Below, one piece after another: positions 12,977-25,119 of a stretch of 64,000 nt of DNA. The DNA comes from Puccinia triticina (lineage: Eukaryota): positions 1,426,001 to 1,490,000 of the forward strand of contig CP110439.1 of the NCBI GenBank assembly GCA_026914245.1, read 5' to 3'. A program made the position numbers and the translations under genes. The notes beneath the pieces are model-generated. The model worked only from the letters and a program-made list of their open reading frames with translations. It had not been told where the DNA came from and ran no database searches. How positions within the stretch are numbered: position 1 is the first letter of the stretch; each line of letters starts with the position of its first letter.

Positions 12977-14788
12977 ACAGATCAAGGATGGTTGATTGGT
13001 GCCTCCTGAGGATGTAAGGCACAGGTCAAATTGCGATTTCCAACCACCAAGAAGAGTCTTCAAAGTGATTTGGAGGTGTTTTTCTTGGGATCCAGGAGGA
13101 TTTCCATAAAGAAGTCAAGGGATGCAAAAGCCCCGCAAAGAAATTATTGGGGGTAAAGAGCCTGGGCCGCGTTGAAGATTGTGTTTGAACCCCGAGTAAG
13201 TATTGAGCGGATTACCATGCTCTGTGTGAGCTTCCAAGTTGACTTAGAGTTGAAATGGTTGATGAGCAATGAGAACAAGTCTGCCTTCTTCCCAGAGGGT
13301 TCCATCAGCCAAACTGGGCTGTAGACAACATAAAGTGATTCCAGAGCAGCAAGCAGCCAACATTGGTTTCTCTTGCAAGGATCAGCTGAAGCCCCATACA
13401 ACACATAAGTGTGCAGTGGGAGACAATTGATGTTGAAGGAGTTGGGAGGCCTGCCAACCTTTGCTTGTTTACACGGGTTTTTGTCAAGGAGCTCGGCTGT
13501 TGTATCTAGGGGACGGCCATCATTGATTTTGTTCTTCTGTTGCTTTGTTGGCTTAGTCCACCCAAGGGATTCCAATACATTGATCTGTTTTTTGAGCTGC
13601 GTTCCATACTTGATTGGCATACCACGCATGTCACATTGATAATCTTTCTACAATGCTTTGACAAAAGCATAAAGCTTGACCATTCCAAGCAAAATTCTCT
13701 TCTTTCCCGCACTGTGAACAGTTAGTTAGTTAGATGGCGGTTACTCAGATTGATGATCAAGCTCATAAATCAATCTTGTCTTACCTGAACATATAATAAA
13801 CATGGTGCATGCTCTCTTGAGCATTAGTTGATGAAGGGAGAGCTGCATCGGCATCAGGCTTGTCTTTCAACATCTTCCTCTTGCTAGGGAACAGGATGGC
13901 CTTGATGTTGGCCACCATCCACCAGTCCAGCCACCGTTTGATCTTGGGGAACCAACGTTGTAGTTCGTCCACCTTCTCACTGTGAGATGGGCCACCTTCT
14001 TTGATTGGGAGAAGCAAGCCCATTGACATCTACTTGAATGAAGACTTGGTAAAATGAATTAGCTTTGAAAGAGAACAATGAGCAATGAAATCAAACTCAC
14101 TTCTTCCTCTGCCACAATGATGGCATGATTACAAGCAACCCGGGTGATTGACTGCCGGAAATGCTCCTTACAGCCTTTGAGCTTTGTGATGGCATCTTCT
14201 TCTGAGCCTCCAAATGTGTTTGTGTATGCAGTTGCAAAGCCTTTCTTTTGAGCTAGTAAGAAATCAACAATGCTAGTTGCAAGATCCTCCCGCTCGTGTT
14301 GAAGGATGCCGGGTATGAAAAATTGGCAGAAGAGTACAGAGAAGTGGATGACGCAGTAAGTTTCTGACAGCCTGCAAATCCAAATTAACTGCACTGGGAT
14401 CCATCTTTGGATTGATTTGCAATACATGGACGTTGTCAATAGGTAGCCGGATTTGAAAAACTTGTAAGTCACATCTGATATTAGTCCTCCAAAGTACAAC
14501 TTGTTGCCGGCCTTGGATTGATTGAGAAGGCGCTCAGACATCCACTTAGTCTGAAAAGTGAAATGCTCTTCCCCCTTGTGGAATGAGCATGAAATCATCT
14601 CCAGGCCCTGTCTAGTAATTTTGAGAGAAGTAGTCAGTATGGTGGTGTGGTACTGCAGAGAAGAGGGGGTCAAAGGGACTAACTACTGCCATTGAAGCAT
14701 ATCATGGACAAACCTGTCACCCACACCGCCTCTGTCCTTATTGGGGGCAAGGTTCATTTCTCTTAGGATTGTGCGTCGGAGATGGCGC

Positions 14789-15118
14789 TGTAAGGACTCT
14801 GTTGAGTCCTTCACCAAACGTTGTCGAAGGGGGCACGGGGAGTGGCACAATGGCCATGAAACGTTCTAGTTCCAACGTTGGGGGGCTTTGTTGCATGTAT
14901 CTAGACCGGAGAGAGGGAGAGCTCTCTCTGTAAGTACAACTAGGGGAGATAAAAGAGAAGGGAAAACATGACTGGCTTACCTAGACCGGAGAGAGGGAGA
15001 GCTCTCTGCCGGGCTAGAAAGTAGGGGGAGGAGTCAAGTCTAAGTACTTGTGGCAAGTCGGGGCTGATGTAAGCGGGTGACAGGACTTGTGAAACCCCAC
15101 AAGGAGTTGGGGTTTACA
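14789..15118 (-). mobile_element. Short solo LTR, 5-bp TSD GGCGC
   Basis: ggcgc|TGTAAGG...GGTTTACA|ggcgc; internal 27-bp direct repeat at 14901-14927 / 14981-15007. Confidence 0.88.
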
Positions 15119-15624
15119 GGCGCAGCCGATCCAAATTACCAAGAGACTCGTGTATGTCTATGACACTGGTGATTGGCTGTTGGGGATCACCTGTGTTTCC
15201 AATCTGGAGAGCAATGTTCAAGAAATTAGCAGGAAATAGAGTGTACAAGATTTGCGGGGGAGGAGGAAGTACCTTCAATTGCAGAGGTCCAGCTGATGGT
15301 TTATTCTTGACTCGGATTGCCAACTCATCCTTTGCTAGCGGGGGGGGGGGGGGGGGGGGCTTTCTTTGCTGTTGGCCATGGGTGGTTGTGGAACCCATGG
15401 TGTTGGAGGAGAGCCCAACCGCTGGAGTGGAAATCAAACCGGGTCAAGGTGTTGTCGCAGGACTGCCAGTAGATTTTTCCGTCACACTTGCCGGCCTTCC
15501 TGGGACAGGGTGCGTCCCTTCAGAAAATTTAGATGGATAATTCTTCAGCAATTTTGCTGGTTGGATTCTTACAAGAATAAATACACTCACCTCGCAAGCA
15601 AATCAGAAATTTTGCCAGCGCCGG

Positions 15625-16619
15625 TGTGGAACTACTCAAGGGGGAGAATAGAGCTTGGAAGAGAAATGGATAGCAAAACTAGTACTAATGTAAGCTATGC
15701 AAGGGTGCTGATGAGGCTGCCTTCCTGACTAATGCTGAGGGGATGAGAGTAACACTAAGAAAAAGAAAGAAAAGGTGTGGCTGATTTCTACTTGATCTTA
15801 GGAGCTAGTACTATGAGCTTTAACTACTGACTACTGAGGGTAAGAGAGTTGGAGGAGTGATGAGAGTGGGGGATGCAATGGCAAGGTTCAATAGCAATGG
15901 GTTCAGGAGCAACTGCACTGATATTTAATGGGTGATAAGTAATTTCTAACTTATAATTTCTGTATATAGAATTCTGCCTATAGTTCTCTCATGAGGTACA
16001 AGTGAAGGGGGAAAGACAGTTCTTATAGTAAGGAGGGATGAGCACAGACAATGAAAAGTTCTGGCTATGGGAATGAAGGTTGTACAAATGAGGAAAAGTG
16101 ATGTGAACATAGTAACAGTATGTAATGATGAGCAATGCTGAAAAGGGAATGCTGGTTATGGAAATAAAAGAATGTACTAATGGGGAAAAGTGATGAGAAC
16201 ATAGTAACTACTTGTAATGATGAGCACTACTGAAAGAGGTAAGCACAGATCTAATGATGTAATGTGTACAATAGGCATAGTACATAATGAGAAATGTATG
16301 TAAAGGGTTTAGTATGTGAGAATAAATCTGTAAAAAGAATGTAATGAAATGATTCAAGTAAATTACTAATGAAATGAGTAATGTAACTAATGAAGACTGT
16401 AGGGTTTCTGTAAGTCTTATAGCCTCTATAACTATTGAACCATTGAAGATAAGAGTATACTATGTATGAGTGACTATATGTAAAATTTGATGTGGAATCT
16501 GAATATGCAATAATAATGAGGTATTTGTGAAGGGTTATGGGGAAATGTTCAATGCAATGATGAATATATGTAAAAGAAAGCAATAAAATACTACTTATGG
16601 TTTGGAATGGAGCACCACA
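15625..16619 (-). repeat. 3' LTR of Gypsy 2
   Basis: TGTGG...CCACA, adjacent to the PPT, near-identical to 25344-26338. Confidence 0.96.
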
Positions 16620-18660
16620 TCCTCCCCCAACTTATTGTCTGTCCCCAGGCAATGCACCAAAGAGAAGAGTGATCCAGAAAGAGTTGAAGAATGTTGAGTC
16701 CAAGAGTCCAAAGTCCAAAGTCCAGTGTTCTTCCTCCAAAAGGTGAAATCCAAAGTCCTGAGTAGTAATCCAAATCCAGAGTCCAGTGTCCAAAGCCAAT
16801 TAGAATCCAAGTATAATCCAAGTCCAGTATATCTGATTCCAAGGTATCCAAGTCCAATTCAAAGTCCAATAGTCCTATGTATCCAGAGTATCCATAGTCC
16901 AGTATCCAATCCAAAGAGTCCAGTATCCAAAAGAAGGTCCAATTATCAATGAGGGTTGAATGTTTAAGAAGATCTAACTCTGCTGAAGGCAATATCCTTG
17001 AGACAGACACATATTAGACTAAATTTCACTCTGAAGAATAATTTTCCCGCCTAACTGAGGCTAAGGAAGAATGCAATGATTGATGATGATTGATTGATGG
17101 GGTTGATAATTGTAATTTCTGAAGGTTGTGAATGATTTGGAATTGAATGACTGAATTTCTGAGTATCTGAGTATATAATGTAAAGTTCAGTGAAGAGAAT
17201 TTGAAGTCCAGAGATGTTGATAAGCTGTCCAAAGAATATTCTTGCTCAAGTTGGGTGGTTTCTGAGCTGCAATGTGTTGGAAGAAATTGATTATAATAAT
17301 GAATGAATGAGTGATTGGATTGTTGATTGAATAATTCCTAGAGTACAGGGTGAAGATGATGAAGAAATTCCAGTATTGTGGTGGTTGGATGTCCAGTAAT
17401 TGCTATTAGATAATAAGGAATGATTATTGATGGATGATTGATTGATGATCCATAATTGATATTAGATGGTAAGGAATAATGATGGATTGGATTGATTGAT
17501 GGATGGATAAAATGAGTGATTATCCCAGGATGAATTCCTTTTCCATGATGATGGTTCTTCTCTACTTCTCTCCTCCGTGTCGTGTGTGTGTGTGTGTTCC
17601 CCATTATTCTTGAGTACTTCACTCCTTTTAATTTCCCCATGTCCACTACGAAAAAGCGTTAAATTTTGTACAGAGGAGGAATGGAACATGTGTCCATGCG
17701 CGCGTGCTGTCGAAAGAGGGGTCCTGATGTCTGAGCGGGGGCTCCAAGCGGGAGGCGCGCGTGCGGAATGACGAAAAGAAAAATAGAAAATGGTCGACCT
17801 GTATCTCCGGAACGGCTCGATGAAAATTCTTGAAACCGAGTTCATTCGAAAGAGGCGATTCTGCAGATTAAAATGGTATATAATGGTTATTTTTAAGGGT
17901 TGAGTATCGATTGTGTAGGGCCGGTTAAAGATCCAAGCAAGACCCGCGGGCGCGCGTAGTAGTAAAGCCGTGCAGATTAAGAGACCATCTTCCTTTGCAT
18001 ATAACTCCAAAACCCGTCGATGAAATTTTCTAATTACGAGCTCATTTGAAAGACTGGAAGGAGGAGATGAAACTAGAATAGATTTATATTGAGATTCCTT
18101 TCGGCCGATAGGTTGCCGTAAACGTTTAATGAATGGCACCCGCGGGGCCGCGTAAATCCTAGGGAAACTTTGAGGGGTTATAACTTCTAAACGGTTCGAT
18201 AGAATCGTCCAGAACCGAGTTCAAATGAAAGGCAAGATTGCATTTATGAAGACTGTAATGATCAATATTAAATTTGAAGCCGGCCGATCGATTATTCGGG
18301 CGATTAAAGCTTTATTATGATTTTCCGCGGTTTCCATTGTATAGGAGTTGAAGGGAGATGAATACATGATGAAATACTCTTAAGGTAACGCCAAGGAGCT
18401 GTCCAATTAGACTCCTGAAGCTGGCCAATCGATTGAAAAAGGTTATAGGCGAAAAGAATGACGTGAAAGCGTTTCAAGAATTAATTAAACTGGGTCAAAC
18501 ACCAGAGTCAACATTAAGAAAATGAAAGAGAATCCGCGCCACACGATTCTGAGCGGTGAAGGTGTCCATAGTGTCATAAAATGAAGAAAAATGAGTAATC
18601 TATAAGGCCCCCAGGTCGTCGGCCAACGGAAAAGCTCCGTTATCGCATTCAATATCCGTA

Positions 18661-19470
18661 ATGTTTACCTCCAGCGCCACTTCCACACCTTCTTCGCCGA
18701 AAGAAAACCTCGATAACTCATCAGATTATTCTTCAAACACTTCCATATCATCTTCGCAGTCGTTCGTCGACAACGTTCACGCGTACAACGCCGGTATGAG
18801 AGATTCTTTTAAACCTGAAGAAGTCGATGCCTTGCGCCACTATATCCAACAAGGACTCCTCGCCTTTGCTCGTGAAGACCTCGACGACCCGGTTGCCGGA
18901 CGCACGCCTTAAATTGTATAGCCGGTTCCACGACGCTTTTGCACATGTATGTCGAATGGATTTCGTATGTATATGAATAAGAATTTGAAAAGAAAGAAGA
19001 TTGATTATAATACTGATATTTTTCCCTGTTTCTATTTTGATTTTTAGATGGATACTCATTCCATAATAGACGCCATGGTAGAGGAAACTGAGGAGAGGAA
19101 TGCCCTGGAATTATTAAGGATGAGGGACCAAGTGGAAGAGGAGGAAGATGGTTGGAGGGTAGAAGCAGAAATGGAGAGGATAAGAGCTGAGGGTAAGTTC
19201 TATTTTTATTCTTTATTGAGGATTTTTACTAATGTTATGCTTTAATTTTCTTTTGATGTCTTTTGAATTTTTTTTATTTTTTTATTTTTAGATAAGGAGA
19301 AGGGAAAAGAGAAGAAGAAGGAGAAGGAGGAAAGTGAGATGGAAGAGGGTGATGTAGTGATAAAAGAAGAAGAGGTGAGCTTTTTGATTTTTATATTTAG
19401 TTATTTTATTTGAGAGTGTTTTGAGACTGATTTATATTGATTTATTTCTGATTTGTTTATAGATTTGATT
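18661..19470 (+). CDS. Putative spliced antisense accessory gene inside Gypsy 2 (acidic/charged, possibly disrupted)
   Basis: TATAA at ~18601 and ATG at 18661. Donors GTATGT ~18947, GTAAGT ~19193, GTGAGC ~19375, each followed by a T-rich intron ending TAG. Exon 1 has a stop at 18910 before the donor. Confidence 0.5.
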
Positions 19471-19555
19471 TTATTTTGTTATTATATTGTTGTGTAAGAA
19501 GATGAGAAAGAGAAAAGAGAAAAGAAATGAATTGATTATTCCTTATTTATTGTTT

Positions 19556-22500
19556 TTACCTGGAGTGGTATTCCTTGACATGAGTTGCAGCAAACCTTCT
19601 GGCTAATTCTGTGCCATCCAATTCTTCCAAGATGTAAGATCCTCCTGGGTTTTGAGCCTTGATTCTGTAAGGGCCATTCCATTTATTTTCAAAGAGCTTG
19701 CCAAACTGAGAGTCCAAAGATTTATTATACACTACTACTAATTGACCTTTCTTTAGTGGCTGCCTTGATGTTTTCTTCTTGTTCCAATAGTCCACAGAGT
19801 TCTTCCTGGAATCCATAAGCTGCTGGTGTGCTTGCTGCAAGATGGTATCCCTGTTTTCAAGCTGCTGAGTCCTAGCCAATAAAAGATCCTGAGTTGATTC
19901 TACCTTTGACCAATCCACTCCAAAGAAGGTTTCCAATTCTAGGTCAATGGGTAAGATGGGGGGCTGTCCAAGAACTAGTTCATAAGGTGAGTAACCAGTT
20001 GATCTTTTGGTGGAAATTCTGTCTGAAAATAAAACTAAAGGTAAATAATTCCTCCACTTCTTGCCTTCTTTTCCACAGAGCTTGACCAAGGTATCCTTAA
20101 TTGCCTGATGTCCTCTTTCTACCATACCATTTGCTTCAGGATAATAAGGGGTGGTGACTTTGATTTTGATTCCAGATTCCAGAAGGGATTTTTGAAATTG
20201 TTGTCCAAATTCAGAGCCTCCATCCACTGTGACTGACCAAGGGGCTCCATATCTGTAGATCCAGTTGTCCAAGAACCACTGAGAGATTTTCTTTGCTTGA
20301 ATCTTTTCTAGTCCAACTGCCTCTACCCATCCAGAAAGGTCATCTCTTGCAATTACCAGGTATTTCCATTTGCCAGCTTTGATGTGAACTGTATCCAAAC
20401 TGACTCTTCCAAAGATGGTTGCTGCTCCTGTAGGTTTCTTGGGTTCCATTGGCAATTTTGAACTCCTCTTCTGGCAAGCTTCACAAGACTGGACCCACTT
20501 GGTAACACCTCTCTTGAGACCTGGCCACCAAAATCTGAGTTTAATCCTTCTGTAGGTTTCAGCAATACCTCTGTGGCCTAAGGATTCATGAAGGGAATTG
20601 AGGATGGAATTCTGAGCTGAAGAGGAGGTGACTACTATCTGAGAGAATGGTTTGTTGATCCTGTGCAAGACTCCATTGGAAAGGAAGAAGTTGGCTGATT
20701 TGTGCAAAATTTGCTTGAATTCCAGGCTGCTGCATCCTGGAGGTTTGTTCATGGTTGAAAGGTATTCCTGGAGGTGCTTCCAAATTCCTTGCTGCAAGTT
20801 ACTTACCCCCTCCCCCAACTTAGCTGATGTCCCCAGAAGCAGGCCAAAAGAAGAATGTTTAGTTCCAAATCCAGGGTGAGGTTTGATCCAGGTTTCATCT
20901 TCATCAAAGCTGGGACAGTCATCTTCATCAGAATCAGGGGGTCTTATTGAAAGTCCATCAGGTAAGGTGAAAGTTTTTCCAGGAGTGTGAACAAGGTCAT
21001 AGGAGAATAACTGAATAAATCCAATCCATCTGTTCATAGGGGCATTGGGAAGTGAAGGGTTGTTGATCATTCCAATAAGGCACTGGGCATCCACTCTGAG
21101 TTGAAAATGTTGGCCCCACAGTTTGGTTTGAAGTTTCTTGAGGATCTTGGCAACACCACAGAGTTCTAATTTGGATTGTGAGTACTTTGATTCCCTGGGT
21201 GAAAAGACTACTGACTCATATAACACAGGCCTATCCAATCCATCAGAATCCGGTTGAGTAAGAACAGCACCTGCAGCAATAACACTGGAGTCCACTGAGA
21301 GTTTGATTAAGCCAGCATCAGGTCCATAGTCCAATTTCTTCAGGGTGATATCAGTTCCAACAATCCTCTTAAGGTCCTCAAAGGCATCCTGGCAATCTTC
21401 AGTCCAATCCCAAGAGGAGTCCTTCCTGGTGAGTCTTCTGAGTGGAGCAGTAATGGTTGAGTAATTTTTAATGAACATTCTAACATATACACAGATACCT
21501 AGGAATCCCCTGACATCTGAAGGAGTGGTGGGAGTTGGCCAGGTTTCAATTTTGTTGAGCTTCTTGATGGATATCCTTCTGCCTTCCTTACAAACCACAT
21601 GGCCTACCAGATCCAGAGCAGGTACACAGCAAGCAAATTTCTTCCCAGAGATGGTGAGTCCAGCTTCTTCAATCCTGAAAAGAATCCTTTCCAGAGTAAT
21701 GGCATATTCATAGATAAATCTTCTGATCTGGGGGTTGTCCTCTAGAGTTTCTTCATTGTAGTCAGAGGTTGGTCCTTTTATACCTCCATCATCCACAAAG
21801 ATTCCCATATGTTGAGGTAATTCATCCTGGAGTATCCACATCATTTGGGCCTGGTAAACTGCAACTGCATTGGTGGCTCCTTGGGGTAATCTGGTAAGTT
21901 GAAATCTTCCAAGGGGTGTTTCAAAGGTGGTCAAAGGTCTGGATTCTGGAGCTAATTCTCTTTCATCATATCCTCCCATAATATCACCTAGTTCATAGCA
22001 AGCCCTTCCAGTGAATGATTCAATGAGTTCTTCTGTCTTTGGTGGTAGTCCTGCGTCCTTAATGGTGACTTTGTTGAGTTTCTGAAGGTCATGTACAATT
22101 CTGAGCTTACCATCCTGCTTCTTTACACAAAATATAGGGCTGGAATAACTGGAAAAGGATTGTTCATAGAGGCCAGTGCTGAGTCTTTCCCTTACCAATT
22201 CTATAACCTGGTCTTTGATGGGTGCAGGGATTGGAATTGGTTTCTGTTGCCAAGGTTCATGGGGAATGACTGGAATAATATAAGGCTGTCCATAGGTGTG
22301 TTTAAGAAGGCCTCTTTCTGTTTCTACAAAAGCCAAAGCACCTTGTCTAATCACAATTACCCATACCAGCAGGAGATATTCTTGAGGAGAAAGCCATCCA
22401 GGAGGTCCAAAATTGATGAGGTCCAGCCTTTCTTGAGTAATCTTGGAGGTAGGAGTGAATGGTGGAGGAAAAGGGCTTAAAGGAGTGAGGTAAGGATCTC

Positions 22501-22726
22501 TTGAGAGTGGTGGCCTTGATAATGGGGGATTGAGAGATAATGGCATTGGTTGGTTTACTGGTTTTATTTTTTTTAGAGTTGATTTATATTTTGCTGAATG
22601 AGTGACTACAGTTTGTTGCTTTTGGTTGTTTTCCAGGGTTGCAGTTATAAGAGAGGGGAACTGAAAACCTGGTCTCAATCTAAAAGATTTACCAGTCCAG
22701 AATTGGAAGGTATGCTGGTTTCCCAC
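19556..22726 (-). CDS. Pol: RT-RNase H-integrase, uninterrupted 1056 codons
   Basis: FVDD RT motif; VDSS RNase H; HESLGH..CEAC zinc finger; integrase D-D-E (LDTV, VDGGSEF, NGMVER); WNGPY. Confidence 0.96.
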   Translation of the reverse strand: MGNQHTFQFWTGKSFRLRPGFQFPSLITATLENNQKQQTVVTHSAKYKSTLKKIKPVNQPMPLSLNPPLSRPPLSRDPYLTPLSPFPPPFTPTSKITQERLDLINFGPPGWLSPQEYLLLVWVIVIRQGALAFVETERGLLKHTYGQPYIIPVIPHEPWQQKPIPIPAPIKDQVIELVRERLSTGLYEQSFSSYSSPIFCVKKQDGKLRIVHDLQKLNKVTIKDAGLPPKTEELIESFTGRACYELGDIMGGYDERELAPESRPLTTFETPLGRFQLTRLPQGATNAVAVYQAQMMWILQDELPQHMGIFVDDGGIKGPTSDYNEETLEDNPQIRRFIYEYAITLERILFRIEEAGLTISGKKFACCVPALDLVGHVVCKEGRRISIKKLNKIETWPTPTTPSDVRGFLGICVYVRMFIKNYSTITAPLRRLTRKDSSWDWTEDCQDAFEDLKRIVGTDITLKKLDYGPDAGLIKLSVDSSVIAAGAVLTQPDSDGLDRPVLYESVVFSPRESKYSQSKLELCGVAKILKKLQTKLWGQHFQLRVDAQCLIGMINNPSLPNAPMNRWIGFIQLFSYDLVHTPGKTFTLPDGLSIRPPDSDEDDCPSFDEDETWIKPHPGFGTKHSSFGLLLGTSAKLGEGVSNLQQGIWKHLQEYLSTMNKPPGCSSLEFKQILHKSANFFLSNGVLHRINKPFSQIVVTSSSAQNSILNSLHESLGHRGIAETYRRIKLRFWWPGLKRGVTKWVQSCEACQKRSSKLPMEPKKPTGAATIFGRVSLDTVHIKAGKWKYLVIARDDLSGWVEAVGLEKIQAKKISQWFLDNWIYRYGAPWSVTVDGGSEFGQQFQKSLLESGIKIKVTTPYYPEANGMVERGHQAIKDTLVKLCGKEGKKWRNYLPLVLFSDRISTKRSTGYSPYELVLGQPPILPIDLELETFFGVDWSKVESTQDLLLARTQQLENRDTILQQAHQQLMDSRKNSVDYWNKKKTSRQPLKKGQLVVVYNKSLDSQFGKLFENKWNGPYRIKAQNPGGSYILEELDGTELARRFAATHVKEYHSR

Positions 22727-25119
22727 TTCTGATTACTGGGGAGTATGATTGGAACCAAAAAGGTCTGACCAGCTGAATCCATGATTGAAAGTGCTTCTCC
22801 TCTGGCTCCATTGTAGTTGATGTTAGCTGAGACATCCATCAAGAAAGGCTTTCCAATAATCATCTGAACTGGTCCTTTGGCTACCCAGAAATGAACTGTC
22901 CTGACTACTTTCCCAATGGTTACCTCCACATCTTCAGCAATTCCAGGTATATCAGTAAGGTGGCCTCCAATTCCTTTGAGCTTCATAGATTTTGCAGTGA
23001 GTACCAATCCAAGTTTATGTGCAAGAGTTTCAGGAATAATGTTGACCATAGAGCCAGTATCCAAGAGTGCTTGATGTTTCTCTCCTCCAATAGTGATGGT
23101 GATGTATCCAAGGGGGCAGGAGTAGTGAGTAGTGGGTTGCTCCTGTGCTGGTTCTTCTCCATCCTCCATGTCTGTGAAGTTTGCTGATTTGACACCATCC
23201 AATGGGACCCTTCTGTTGGTTATCTTCTTCCTAATACAGTCAGTAACTCCTGGTGATATAGCAAAGATTTCTCCAAAGGCCAACTCCATCTTTCCTGCAG
23301 TCAACATCCTACTAGCCACCTCTTCTTCAATTCCTGGGTACTCTTTGGCCAAAGTCTTTTCCAAATAGGTTTTCTTAACTGGTTTGTCCTTAGGTGCAGT
23401 GGTTGAATCCTTGTCCTTATCCTGGAATCTGACCTGAGGGGAGCCTTTTGAAGTAGGGGATTTGGAAACACTAGGAGTAGGGGGCTGTGCCATGTGAAGT
23501 AAGTCCTCTGTATCCATGTCCATTAGGTCCTGTTTCTCCTTCCTGATCCTTTTGTCTGCCTTGGCTGATTCCTCTTCATCCTGATCCTTAGAGTTGTTTC
23601 TAGTCCTCTTTCCAAGGTCTGCTTCATAACTATGGGCTTGATAATAGACTGGGTCCTCCTCTAGTTGGCCAAAAGAAGATTTGAGCTTAGTTTTAGAGTA
23701 CTCTTCCACTGGGGTTCTGATTGGTCTGCTTGGAATCCAGGGAATAACTGATTTGTCTGGAAGTCTGTAATCTCTTCCATCCTTGATAACAGCACCACTA
23801 GACATGTCCTGGGCAAGTTGAGAGCAGCTGTTGGTTCCATGGGTTTCCTGATGACAATAATAGCATTTGAATGGCCAGGTCCTGGCAGGTTTGTCCATGT
23901 GGGGAGGTAGTCCTTTGCCAGCAGTAAGGGATGCAAGTTGTTTGGTAAGGAGTTCCACTTGTTTGTCCAGAGAAATAGAAGCAGTAGGAGCAGTTCCCTG
24001 AGTAGCAGGTGTGGGTTTGGAGGTCCTAGGTGAGTTGTCCAAAGTGAATTTCTCTTCTGCCCTCCATTCAGTCCTTCTGTTGACCACTGATCTTGAGTAA
24101 ACTTCCTGGTGAATGTAGGTAAGAAGAGTTTCAGTGTCTGGCAAGATATCACCTCCATCCTTTGAGGCTAGCATTTGATTGTCCCTCATCAAGCTCCTAG
24201 TAACTCTTTGATCCAGATCCTTGTGAAGAGTTTCCAAAAGAAGGTGTCTGAATTCCTCCAGGCTGGTACTGTAACCCATTCTTACCAAGTAGTGAGTGAT
24301 GGTTTCAAACTTGTTTCTGAATGTGTTGAAGGTTTCCAAAGTGCTGATTCCTCCATCCTGAGCTGATTTGTAGACTAGTTTCCTGAGATCCTCCCTGGTA
24401 TATCTGACCAATGGCTGAGAGGTTCCAAATCTGGTGAGTAACTGTTTCTTCAGGGTTTCCCAATCCAAGTTTTCATGGCCTGACATGTCTTCTACTTCAT
24501 CCTTAAGGTCCAATCCTTTGATAAAAGCAATGATTTGTCCAGGCAGTTCCTTAGAGTTAGCACCATCATCTCTTCCAGCACTTTCATACCTTCTAATGAA
24601 TTTCTCCACAGGCATGTTGGTTCCATCAAAGAAGAGCTCTTTGTCCATGGGTTTGATCTTAACTCCTCTGCTGACTGGATCCTGGTACCTTGGCATGGCT
24701 GGTTCTCTGTTCAAGAAGTGGGTGTTGGACCTGGTAGAGTGAGTTGAATGATCCCTTTGGCTCTGGAATCTGGAAAAGCGGGGTGGTGGAGCATTTAAAT
24801 CCTCTGAATCATCTGATGGCTGATTGGTATCCCTGTATCCTGTGAATCTAGGAGCACTGGAAGTCTGAGGTCTAGGAGGAGGTCTGCAAGAACTGGAGTT
24901 GGCCTGTGGAATAGAAGAACCCTGTGGATCTGGAGCATTGGAAGGAGCCTGAGGACCTGGACCAGTAGAAGAAGGTTGGTGACCTGGACCATTGGGAGGA
25001 ACCTGAGTCTGACCAGTGTTGGAAGTGGTGGAGTCCTGAACTGTAGCATTACTGGATGGATCCACTGGAGGGTAAAGACTGGGAGCAACATTGGTGTTGG
25101 GGGATCCTTGGGCAGACAT
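22675..25119 (-). CDS. Gag-protease (814 aa)
   Basis: CYYCHQETHGTNSC CCHC zinc knuckle; LLDTGSMVN protease motif; IIGKPFL. Confidence 0.95.
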   Translation of the reverse strand: MSAQGSPNTNVAPSLYPPVDPSSNATVQDSTTSNTGQTQVPPNGPGHQPSSTGPGPQAPSNAPDPQGSSIPQANSSSCRPPPRPQTSSAPRFTGYRDTNQPSDDSEDLNAPPPRFSRFQSQRDHSTHSTRSNTHFLNREPAMPRYQDPVSRGVKIKPMDKELFFDGTNMPVEKFIRRYESAGRDDGANSKELPGQIIAFIKGLDLKDEVEDMSGHENLDWETLKKQLLTRFGTSQPLVRYTREDLRKLVYKSAQDGGISTLETFNTFRNKFETITHYLVRMGYSTSLEEFRHLLLETLHKDLDQRVTRSLMRDNQMLASKDGGDILPDTETLLTYIHQEVYSRSVVNRRTEWRAEEKFTLDNSPRTSKPTPATQGTAPTASISLDKQVELLTKQLASLTAGKGLPPHMDKPARTWPFKCYYCHQETHGTNSCSQLAQDMSSGAVIKDGRDYRLPDKSVIPWIPSRPIRTPVEEYSKTKLKSSFGQLEEDPVYYQAHSYEADLGKRTRNNSKDQDEEESAKADKRIRKEKQDLMDMDTEDLLHMAQPPTPSVSKSPTSKGSPQVRFQDKDKDSTTAPKDKPVKKTYLEKTLAKEYPGIEEEVASRMLTAGKMELAFGEIFAISPGVTDCIRKKITNRRVPLDGVKSANFTDMEDGEEPAQEQPTTHYSCPLGYITITIGGEKHQALLDTGSMVNIIPETLAHKLGLVLTAKSMKLKGIGGHLTDIPGIAEDVEVTIGKVVRTVHFWVAKGPVQMIIGKPFLMDVSANINYNGARGEALSIMDSAGQTFLVPIILPSNQKWETSIPSNSGLVNLLD

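Larger units (their letters stand above)
11421..15624 (-). pseudogene. Mutator-like (MULE) DDE transposase with C-terminal USP-like peptidase region, split by LTR insertions
   Basis: SDVTYKFF (D1), IVDF (D2), GCKEHF (CxxH) and TNAQESMH (E) motifs. The frame LDRLR|HLRRTIL rejoins across the 14789-15118 LTR. Confidence 0.7.

Noticed and set aside
16251..16583. Duplicated hydrophobic ORF (also 25970-26368)
   Set aside because: It lies within the AT-rich LTRs; the duplication is simply the LTR pair.
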